Under the pieces are notes generated by a model that worked only from the letters and a program-made list of their open reading frames with translations, made no database searches and was not told where the DNA came from. Of a stretch of 64,000 nt of DNA, positions 38,692 through 46,430 are shown piece after piece. The DNA is taken from NCBI GenBank assembly GCA_965248055.1, contig CBDFIJ010000004.1, positions 3,008,001-3,072,000 of the forward strand, written 5' to 3'. The position numbers were made by a program, and so were the translations under genes. This stretch comes from Candidatus Multivoradales bacterium (lineage in GTDB: Bacteria; Acidobacteriota; Thermoanaerobaculia; Multivoradales; JAHEKO01). The stretch's first letter is position 1. Each line of letters begins with the position of its first letter.

Positions 38692-40902
38692 ATGAGCAAA
38701 TTCAATTCGCTACAACTTGTTACCGTTGCGGCTGCGCTTGCGGTATCCGCCGGGTGCGCTACCCACCAGGCTGCGCAATCATCCGAAACTACTAACAACG
38801 CAGAAATGGCAACCATGGAAACTGAAACCGCCGAAGCAGAAGCTGAAATGTCGACCGATACCGGACCGTTGCTGACCGAGTGGAATACTCCGTTCGGTGT
38901 ACCTCCGTTTGATGAAATTAAGAACGAACACTACCTGCCAGCGTTTCGCCAAACCATGGAAGAACAGCAGCAAGAGATCACTGAGATCGTGGCCAAGCCG
39001 GAACCAGCGACCTTTGCCAACACCATTGAAGCACTGGAACGCACTGGCAAGGGGCTGACCAAGGTCGCCAACGTCTTCTACTCGCTCAACTCCGCACACA
39101 CCAACGACGTCATCAAAGAGGTGGCCTCGACGATTGCTCCGGAACTCTCCGCCCACGGCGACGACATTGCCTTCAACAAGCCGCTCTTTGAGCGAGTCAA
39201 GGCGGTCTACGACCAGCGTGAAGATCTTGGGCTGAGTGTTGAGCAGCTACGGCTGTTGGAAGAAACCCACAAGGGGTTCGTGCGCTCCGGCGTCGGCCTG
39301 GATGATGCCGCACAGGCAGAAATGCGCCGCATCAATGGTCAGTTGGCGGAGCTGTCGCAGGAGTTCCAGAATAATCTGCTGGCTGAGACCAACGATTTCT
39401 TCATTCATACGACCGACTCTGCTGCTCTCGGTGACCTGCCCACCAGCTTGGTTGCTCTGGCTGCCGATGAGGCAAAGAAACGCGAGTTCGAGGATGGCTG
39501 GGTGTTCACCATCCAGCGTCCCAGCATCAATCCGTTCCTGCAGTACTCACCCGACCGCGAACTGCGCAAGCAACTGTTCATGGCCTATGCGCTACGCGGC
39601 GACAACGGCAACGACAATGACAACAACCAGGTGCTGGCCACGATGGCCTCACTGCGGGCAGAAAAGGCTGGCATTCTCGGTTACGACAGCCATTCACACT
39701 TCGTGCTCTCGGATGCTATGGCGGAGACCCCGGATCGGGTCTATCAATTGCTCGATCAAGTCTGGGATCCGGCCATCAACGTGGCCAAGAAAGATCGCGG
39801 CGACCTGGAAGCGATGATGCATGCCGACGGCATCGAAGGCGAGTTGCAAGGATGGGACTGGCGCCACTACCAGGAGAAAGTGCGCAAGGCCCGCTACGAT
39901 CTCGACGAAGAGATTCTGCGGCCTTACTTTGAAGTCAACGCGGTGCGCGATGGTGTCTTCACCGTCGCCAACCGTCTCTATGGCCTGACCTTTCACCAGT
40001 TGGACGGCGTCCCGGTGTGGCAGCAGGACCAACAGGTGTTCGAGGTCAAAGAAGCCGACGGAAGTCACGTCGGCATCCTCTACATGGATTTCTTCACCCG
40101 TGACTCCAAACGCGGCGGTGCCTGGATGAACGATCTGCGCGCCCAGTCCAAGCTGGACGGCGACATCAAGCCGATCGTCACCAATAACTTCAACTTCCCA
40201 CCACCAACCGCCGACGGTCCATCACTGCTCTCGTTCACCAACGCCCAGACCTTGTTCCATGAGATGGGCCATGCGTTGCACGGTCTGCTCTCGGACGTCA
40301 CCTATGAATCTCTGTCCGGCACCAACGTGCCGCGCGACTTCGTCGAGTTTCCATCCCAGGTAATGGAGAACTGGATGGCGCATCCTGAGGTGCTCAAGCT
40401 CTACGCCAAGCACTACCAGACCGGTGAAGTGATCCCCGATGAACTGATCGCCAAGATTACCGCCGCTGACAAATTCGGCCAAGGTTTCGCCACCGTCGAA
40501 TACGTCGCCGCGTCCTATCTCGATATGGCTTGGCATACCCTCACCGAGCCTCAGGAATTAGTTCCGGATGAGATCGAAGAGGCGGAAATGGCCCGCATCG
40601 GCTTGATCGACCAGATCATCCCGCGCTACCGCAACACCTACTTTGCCCACATCTTCGCCGGCGGCTACTCCTCCGGTTACTACAGCTACCTGTGGTCCGA
40701 AGTCCTCGACGCTGACGCCTTTGAAGCCTTCAAAGAGACCGACGTATTCAACGCCGAGGTCGCTGCCCGCTACCGCCGCATGCTCTCCAAAGGCGGCTCC
40801 GAGCCGGGTATGGATCTCTACCGTGAATTCCGCGGTCGCGATCCGATTATTGATCCACTGCTAGAGCGGAGAGGGTTGGTGCAGGGCGAAGCTACAGAGT
40901 AG
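38692..40902 (+). CDS. dcp: M3-family peptidyl-dipeptidase (Dcp-like), lipoprotein signal
   Basis: Lipobox SAGC, KRGGAWM, FHEMGHALHG, DFVEFPSQ, GYYSYLWSEVLDAD. Confidence 0.92.
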   Translation: MSKFNSLQLVTVAAALAVSAGCATHQAAQSSETTNNAEMATMETETAEAEAEMSTDTGPLLTEWNTPFGVPPFDEIKNEHYLPAFRQTMEEQQQEITEIVAKPEPATFANTIEALERTGKGLTKVANVFYSLNSAHTNDVIKEVASTIAPELSAHGDDIAFNKPLFERVKAVYDQREDLGLSVEQLRLLEETHKGFVRSGVGLDDAAQAEMRRINGQLAELSQEFQNNLLAETNDFFIHTTDSAALGDLPTSLVALAADEAKKREFEDGWVFTIQRPSINPFLQYSPDRELRKQLFMAYALRGDNGNDNDNNQVLATMASLRAEKAGILGYDSHSHFVLSDAMAETPDRVYQLLDQVWDPAINVAKKDRGDLEAMMHADGIEGELQGWDWRHYQEKVRKARYDLDEEILRPYFEVNAVRDGVFTVANRLYGLTFHQLDGVPVWQQDQQVFEVKEADGSHVGILYMDFFTRDSKRGGAWMNDLRAQSKLDGDIKPIVTNNFNFPPPTADGPSLLSFTNAQTLFHEMGHALHGLLSDVTYESLSGTNVPRDFVEFPSQVMENWMAHPEVLKLYAKHYQTGEVIPDELIAKITAADKFGQGFATVEYVAASYLDMAWHTLTEPQELVPDEIEEAEMARIGLIDQIIPRYRNTYFAHIFAGGYSSGYYSYLWSEVLDADAFEAFKETDVFNAEVAARYRRMLSKGGSEPGMDLYREFRGRDPIIDPLLERRGLVQGEATE

Positions 40903-40926
40903 ACGCGTCTATTCCAGCGCGCTTAG

Positions 40927-40954
40927 AAAGGGAGGGGTTATCCCCTCCCTTTTT
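40927..40954 (+). terminator. Intrinsic terminator after dcp
   Basis: AAAGGGAGGGG-TTAT-CCCCTCCCTTTTT: perfect hairpin plus T-tract, 25 nt after the stop. Confidence 0.8.
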
Positions 40955-40987
40955 CGCGCCCACCACACTTTTTTGTACCGAATTCTT

Positions 40988-41187
40988 TTGCACTTGCTGC
41001 CCTGGAGGCCGGCGCATGCTTTTCGGACTCCAAAGAATGGCATGCGCCTCGGCTTCGCATCGCGCTGGATCATTAGACGGCCTCGCCACATCGTGCCATG
41101 CGCTTGCGAAAGCCTGTCCTGAGCGACCGCTGGGAGTCGAAGGAACGCCTCCCGGGCTGGCAGGTACGGAGTTCCCCCCTCCCAAGA
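40988..41187. repeat. Structured dispersed repeat, copy A (carries a 34-nt insertion at 41111-41144)
   Basis: Aligns by eye with 42528-42694; long outer stem, inner hairpin GGCGCATGC/GCATGCGCC, shared tail CAGGTACGG...CCCCCTCCCAAGA. Confidence 0.75.
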
Positions 41188-41216
41188 GGACAGAACACAC
41201 GGAGGGAGTCTGCTTC

Positions 41217-41330
41217 GGCGGGGACAGTTCAAACACCTCGTCATCCCAACGCCAGCGAGCCTGCCCCGGCGGGGCGTGGGTGGGAGCCGGGGTCATCCCG
41301 GCGGTGGAAGGGCGAGGGGCCAGGATCTCG
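41217..41330. repeat. REP-like palindromic modules
   Basis: 41217-41247 is close to the reverse complement of GGGATGACGAGGTGTTTGAGCTCCCCGCC in the 294-bp array. 41283-41307 GGAGCCGGGGTCATCCCGGCGGTGG is identical to 44865-44889. Confidence 0.75.
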
Positions 41331-41482
41331 TTTGCTGTTGTCACCCTCGCGGCGATTCGCCAGCAAGCTAGTCGTAAACTAAATATTCCGCTGTCTTAGT
41401 CTTGCGGTGGTACCCGACTTGCACCAAGTAACCCCATGCACAATGGCTGGCCCTAGGGTCAGTTACCAAAAAGGGGGCTGTA

Positions 41483-42283
41483 ATGAAGAAAACGCGTACG
41501 TTGATTGCCACTGGATTACTAGGGATTTGTTTCGCGTTACCGTTGGCGGCACAGCAGGCTAGTGAGGAAAGCAAGGTCGAGGAAAACTTGGTCACCCGCC
41601 AGTTTCGGCTGGAGTATATCGGTGCCGAAATGGCGGCGAACGTGCTTCGTGGCATCTTTGCGATGAGAAACATGGCCCCGATTGGTGAGAGCACCGTCGT
41701 CGTATCCGATCAGCTTGTGCGCATTGAACGGGCGGCTGAGGTTCTCGCTATGTTAGACCGTTCTCCGGGTGCATACGCAGCCGAGGTATTGCTTTACCAA
41801 GTTCCCTGGAATCTTGGCGCGGCAGAATTAACTCTTTCAGAGTACCTAGCTGAGCTAGGAAATGGTGGTGTATTGAAAGATAGGCAGACGTTGACCGCGT
41901 TCGGTGGCGAGAATATGTTCTGGGATTCGGGTCACGGCGGTTCGGCGCCTTGTTCTCAAGTCAAGGTCGAGCTCGCGGTTCAATCTTCCGATCCGGAACA
42001 GCTTTCGTTGGGCTACTCGATCCGGGGTGCGAGTGGCTCCAAATTACAGGGATCCACACCTATCGTTTCTGAACAGCAATTGGTTCTCAATGCGGGAGCT
42101 CTTACAGCTTTCTCCGATCAGGCGCGCAAGCTGCAAACAGATGAGGGTTCGCGCAAATCAGGGGATACGGTCGCGAAGAAGGAGAGCCAGGAAGCGCACT
42201 GTTTGGTCGCCGTGACCCTCAGCGTGCTCCAGGATCCCGATCCTGTCGACGAATCCGCTATTGAGCTCAACTGGTCGCGTTGA
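41483..42283 (+). CDS. Secreted hypothetical protein with a secretin-N (NolW)-like domain
   Basis: Signal peptide; TRQFRLEYIGAEMAANVL...STVVVSD..RIERAAEVLAMLDRSP resembles the secretin N repeat. Confidence 0.6.
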   Translation: MKKTRTLIATGLLGICFALPLAAQQASEESKVEENLVTRQFRLEYIGAEMAANVLRGIFAMRNMAPIGESTVVVSDQLVRIERAAEVLAMLDRSPGAYAAEVLLYQVPWNLGAAELTLSEYLAELGNGGVLKDRQTLTAFGGENMFWDSGHGGSAPCSQVKVELAVQSSDPEQLSLGYSIRGASGSKLQGSTPIVSEQQLVLNAGALTAFSDQARKLQTDEGSRKSGDTVAKKESQEAHCLVAVTLSVLQDPDPVDESAIELNWSR

Positions 42284-42417
42284 AGGCAGGGCGGTTCTCC
42301 AGCCGTTCGACGATGTTGCGAGAAACACTGCATCGTTGACGAAGGCGCGTTAGGTCAATGTTTCGACAGGTGCGAACGATTTTTTCGGTGTTAGACGTGC
42401 AACAAACTTGTGATCGT

Positions 42418-42524
42418 GCGCCGGCAGCACAGTGGGATATTGCACCAGCGAGCCTGCCCTGAGCGAGTTCGGCGAGCCGAAGGGGATCTGGGGGTCGAGG
42501 GTTCGAATCCTTCCCGGCGCGCCA
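42418..42524 (+). pseudogene. tRNA-Arg-like gene with the anticodon loop replaced by a REP-like insertion
   Basis: Acceptor GCGCCGG/CCGGCGC, D arm GCAC-AGTGGGATA-TTGC, anticodon stem CCAG/CTGG, variable GGGTC, T arm GAGGG-TTCGAAT-CCTTC, end GCCA. U8 is C and about 37 nt of repeat sits in the anticodon loop. Arg identity is inferred from body similarity only. Confidence 0.75.
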
Positions 42525-42527
42525 TTC

Positions 42528-42694
42528 TTGTACCTGCTGCGCTGGGAGCTGGCGAGCACTTCTCAGAATCCGAAAGTGGGTGCTCGCCTCGGCTTTGCTT
42601 CGCGCCGAATCGATGAAGGCCTATTGACGCCGGTGCTACGCACTTGCAAAGACGCCCCAGCGGCATCAGGTACGGGGGTTTCCCCCTCCCAAGA
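42528..42694. repeat. Structured dispersed repeat, copy B
   Basis: Starts 3 nt after the tRNA-like CCA; outer stem GTACCTG...CAGGTAC, inner hairpin GGCGAGCAC/GTGCTCGCC; homologous to 40988-41187. Confidence 0.75.
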
Positions 42695-42770
42695 TCAAAG
42701 AAGGAACTCGTCGTACGTCCCGTCCTGCGTGAGATGTGGGGTATAAACTATCGACGGAGGTTTGCTAAGA

Positions 42771-43895
42771 ATGACTACACGACTGTCTGCCTTCCCGGTC
42801 TGGATACTGGTGGTATCGCTAGTCGTCAGCGCGCTCCACGCGGAACCTCCCACGGCCCTAGAGAAGATCCTCGACCAAAACCCGCGCACCGATGAGCTCT
42901 ACCGACTCGTCCGCTTGTCGGACCGGGTGGTGTTTGCCAAGTTGGCCTCGAGCGAAGCACGGATTTCGCTATTGGGCGAAGTCGGGCCCGCGCCCGGGGT
43001 TGGTCTTTGGGCCGGCCCCACTTTGAGCATGACCAACACCGCTCTGGCGGCCGAATTGGATACCACTACGCTGACGGAATCCGGGCAGCAACTGCGAGAG
43101 GATCTGATCGATCTCGGGTTCATTCCCGCCGAAGACAAGCTTCAAGTTCTGATCACACTGGTCGATGGCGCGAGGGTGGACCAGATGTTCGATTTTTCAG
43201 ATTGGGAACGATTGGGTGAAAGACAGCGCGAAGAAGACCTCATAACTCAAGGCCACAGTGGGGATCAGGTACTCGAGCGGCGACTCGGGACGCGCTTTGG
43301 CGAGGCCGTGGCCCGGCAAGCCGCGTATGACGCAGACTGGAAATTTGACGACCAGGCAGATGTGATGGCCGGGGAGAGAGCACGGGAAGCCGAACGACAG
43401 CAGTTGATCGCTGGGCGGCGGGCGCGCTTTGTTACCGAAGCAATTCGCGCCCTGTATTGGGTCGATCCAACCTACGAAACCACAATCATTGATTGGCTTG
43501 AGAGCCTTCCACAAGAAGACACCAATCGCCTTGCCCGTCTGCTACAACTTGCGGGTTTCGATCAGATGAGCCCCGAGATCTTGGTGCGCGAGAGCGCGCC
43601 CAACCTGCATCAGCCTCTGGTCCTAAGTGCCCGCCTGTACCAACGCCTGGAGAGCGTTACGGTCGGCGGAGCGAGCAAACGACAACTTGATCCGGAGCGC
43701 TTCGCCAATGCCGAAGTTCTGGCGCAGGCGGAGAGCTTCTACCAGCAGTTCTTTGTTGCCGACCGCAAGGGTAGGTTCGAGTTTGAGCTTGCAGAGGGAG
43801 TTGCGACGTTTGTCGAGACGCAATCAGCTTTGGTCCGTGAGTTGACCGCATCACATCTTGAGGGATTGTTAGGTTCCGGCTGGTTAGAAGACTGA
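42771..43895 (+). CDS. Hypothetical secreted protein
   Basis: RBS GGAGG, signal peptide ending ALHA-E, 374-aa ORF with no motif I recognise. Confidence 0.7.
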   Translation: MTTRLSAFPVWILVVSLVVSALHAEPPTALEKILDQNPRTDELYRLVRLSDRVVFAKLASSEARISLLGEVGPAPGVGLWAGPTLSMTNTALAAELDTTTLTESGQQLREDLIDLGFIPAEDKLQVLITLVDGARVDQMFDFSDWERLGERQREEDLITQGHSGDQVLERRLGTRFGEAVARQAAYDADWKFDDQADVMAGERAREAERQQLIAGRRARFVTEAIRALYWVDPTYETTIIDWLESLPQEDTNRLARLLQLAGFDQMSPEILVRESAPNLHQPLVLSARLYQRLESVTVGGASKRQLDPERFANAEVLAQAESFYQQFFVADRKGRFEFELAEGVATFVETQSALVRELTASHLEGLLGSGWLED

Positions 43896-43970
43896 TTTGT
43901 TTTTGCACCCGCCGTCCTGAAGACGGTGAGCGCTTCTCGGACTCCGCAGTACGGCGCTCACCTCGCCGGA

Positions 43971-44072
43971 GGGGACACAATACTTTGTTTGTGTCCCCAT
44001 CTCCGCCGAGCGGCGATCTGCGCGCTGAGTCATCCTGAGCGACCGAGCTTTGCGAGGGAGTCGAAGGATCTC
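43971..44072. repeat. Hairpin plus REP-like half element
   Basis: GGGGACACAA..TTGTGTCCCC hairpin (43971-43998). GTCATCCTGAGCG...GGAGTCGAAGGATCTC (44029-44072) matches 44918-44961. Confidence 0.75.
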
Positions 44073-44099
44073 AATGTACCCTTCTGTGAATCCTTCCTT

Positions 44100-44564
44100 T
44101 CAATCCTTGGATCTGTCCCGTTGCTCTTTCAGCAAGGAGAGGCGCTCAACATCGGGCTTGTCTTTGTCCTCTCGACCGGTCGCTTTCTTCATCGCCAAGA
44201 GCTCGTCCAGGCCAGCGAAGTAGGTTGAGACGCCGGACAGTTCGCCGACTACTTTGCCCTGATCGACTTGTTCCCAAGTAACGCCGGGTACATCCGAATG
44301 GACCTCAACTCGGAGAATGTCGCCAAACGACAGAATGTCTCCAGCGATGAACTCCTCAGCAGAGAAATCAGGCTCGAAGTCTCCCCAAGTTTGCACTGCA
44401 CAGCGCACGTTGCGTGCGTTGTCGATCGACGGTTCGATCAGAACATCAATGGCACGCGTGGTCCGATACGGGATATACGAGATCACCGCGAACCCGCCGA
44501 TGACTACGTAGTCCGCGTCTTCTCTGTTGAGTGCATCCAGGAAAGCGGCAAAGTCCTTGATCAT
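44100..44564 (-). CDS. Nucleotidyltransferase-fold protein (Pol-beta superfamily)
   Basis: DFAAFLDALNREDADYVVIGGFAV...RTTRAIDVLI...MKKATGREDKDKPDV. Alternative ATG at 44582. Confidence 0.8.
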   Translation of the reverse strand: MIKDFAAFLDALNREDADYVVIGGFAVISYIPYRTTRAIDVLIEPSIDNARNVRCAVQTWGDFEPDFSAEEFIAGDILSFGDILRVEVHSDVPGVTWEQVDQGKVVGELSGVSTYFAGLDELLAMKKATGREDKDKPDVERLSLLKEQRDRSKD

Positions 44565-44736
44565 CGGCCCACCCTTGATCATCCATCAATCCTTGGTTCT
44601 TCCACAGTCCGTAAACGGTATCGAGCAACACCACCGCGGCCTGCATCCGCTCTTGGGAGCTCAATCCAATGCTGTCGGCGACATCGCGGGCAGCCTGTCG
44701 GTTGGAAGTGGCGAAAGTGAAGCATTCTTGTTTCAT
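44446..44736 (-). CDS. Small hypothetical protein overlapping the nucleotidyltransferase (antitoxin-like partner)
   Basis: LSSQERMQAAVVLL segment; its 3' end overlaps the NTase start in another frame. Confidence 0.5.
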   Translation of the reverse strand: MKQECFTFATSNRQAARDVADSIGLSSQERMQAAVVLLDTVYGLWKNQGLMDDQGWADDQGLCRFPGCTQQRRRGLRSHRRVRGDLVYPVSDHACH

Positions 44737-44917
44737 GAGAAGGTTATTATCTTCAATGAGATCAGTATTTTGACATGATTTGTGCCTGCCGCTCGGAGGA
44801 CTGTGGGCGCTTCTCGGAGGGCAGAACACAACATGGGAGCCTGCGTGGGCGTGGGCGTGGGCGTGGAGCCGGGGTCATCCCGGCGGTGGGTAGGGAGGGG
44901 GCTGGGACCTATTTTCT

Positions 44918-45035
44918 GTCATCCTGAGCGGAGCTGCGTAGCAGTGGAGTCGAAGGATCTCGATGCTGGCATATCGAGGTCATTGAAGAATCGAGATCCT
45001 TCGACTCCCTCGAAGATTCAGTCGCTCAGGATGAC
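44918..45035. repeat. Complete inverted REP-like doublet
   Basis: GTCATCCTGAGCG..GGAGTCGAAGGATCTCGAT...ATCGAGATCCTTCGACTCC..CGCTCAGGATGAC forms a long hairpin. Confidence 0.85.
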
Positions 45036-45114
45036 TAAGAAAAACGGGAGCAGGTTCATAACAAGCGTGCCGAGCAGACCTGTCTGCTTCGCGAAATAAC
45101 TTAACGAAATAGCG

Positions 45115-46301
45115 TCAACTAGAAGGTGGTTTTCCGCTCCATCCGACCGCGTTCCAAAGGTAGGACATCAGATGTTGAACGGTTTCTTCGGCGGTGTCGG
45201 CGCTTCCTTCTATTAGTGCCTCTGGGATTCTGATCGTGGCCTGTCGAATCAAGCCACATTTTCTTCTGGCCAAACGTTCATGTTGTGTAGGGGCGCCAAG
45301 CTTTGCCCCCTAGCGTCAAGTATCGTCATGAACACTAAGAACGGCGAGTTGACCACAGTATTTGACATCTGCTGTAGATAAGCGGAGATCATTTCTCCCA
45401 ACCTACCCTCCATCGTCTTTGTTGGGATTTTGTACGGAGTTCGATTCAAAAAATAGCTGTCGACGCATTCAAGGATTCCGGTTCGTCGGAGGGTTACAGC
45501 CGACGCGATCACACCGGTCTCTTCTTGCGTCAGTGTCTTCAGGTGACCATCAAGAGTCGCGCAAGTCCAGGTTGAAGAGTCCCCGGCAAGGACCGGTATG
45601 TTGCGCAGTAGATCCCTGGTGTCGATAGAAGAAAGAGGTTCAATGCCACCACCAAACGCACCGATTGGGATGATGTGGAGTAGCAAGCGACCTTCACGGC
45701 TGGCACTGAGAGGGCTCTCCGAGGAACTTGCGGCAACGTCCAACAGGCGCCCAGTGACAAACTTTCGAATCTGTTCGCTTTGCCCCTCGGATAGCAGGAA
45801 GTGCCTTCGAATTTCCTCCATCTCTAGTGGGACACTCTGCCCTGAAGTTGTGCGTCGATAAAAGTGCCGAGTTCCGGATACTCGATGAGGTTTGCGCCAA
45901 CTTACTGGCACCTGAACGATGAGAGCATTGCGACCGTTAGCTAGTTCGATGCCGGTAACGTGATGGCCTGACAGTTCCGGTTCAAGGAGGCTGCGGCAAA
46001 TGTCGTTTAGTGCGTTGAGTTCGGTGTCCAGATCGCGAACGAGTTCTATGCCAGGCAAACCAGTTGGAAGGGCGCTATCTTCCTCCAAACACTCCATTCC
46101 GATGACCAAGTAACCTCCGGATGTGTTCGCGAAAGCTGCCAAGGCCTTCCCGAGCTTGCGTCGCCCTTGGGGCTCTCCGTAGTCAATTTTCGTCTTGTAC
46201 TCGATGTGTAGTCCTTCTCGGGTTCTACTTTCGACGAGTGATTGAAGGTCGGATTCTGCAAGCTGATCTACAGGTTTGTCTAGCATTGAGCCTTCTCCCA
46301 T
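45115..46301 (-). pseudogene. Schlafen/AlbA_2-domain protein, frameshifted near the C-terminus
   Basis: EGLHIEYK and AFANTSGGYLVIG motifs. The ORF stops at 45249, but a shifted frame continues ...IRIPEALIEG...LMSYLWNAVGWSGKPPSS* to 45115. Confidence 0.75.
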
Positions 46302-46430
46302 CGGCGCGGCGGAACTTGTACTGGCCAGTGGAGAATATTAGCGAAATTTGGGGTCATAGGTTTCGAATCCTTGCTGGAGTTACCCAATATCGTCGCTGAG
46401 CCTGAAATAATTAGGGGACAGGCGACAACA

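Noticed and set aside
42449-42486. Group I or archaeal-type tRNA intron
   Set aside because: Too short for a ribozyme, no intact anticodon is restored on removal, and the sequence matches the local REP-like family.
40903-46330. Prophage, ICE or integron
   Set aside because: No integrase, transposase or phage genes, and no canonical attC ends were recognised.
46302-46430. Cobalamin riboswitch upstream of icmF
   Set aside because: The spacer is short and has no recognisable B12-box.
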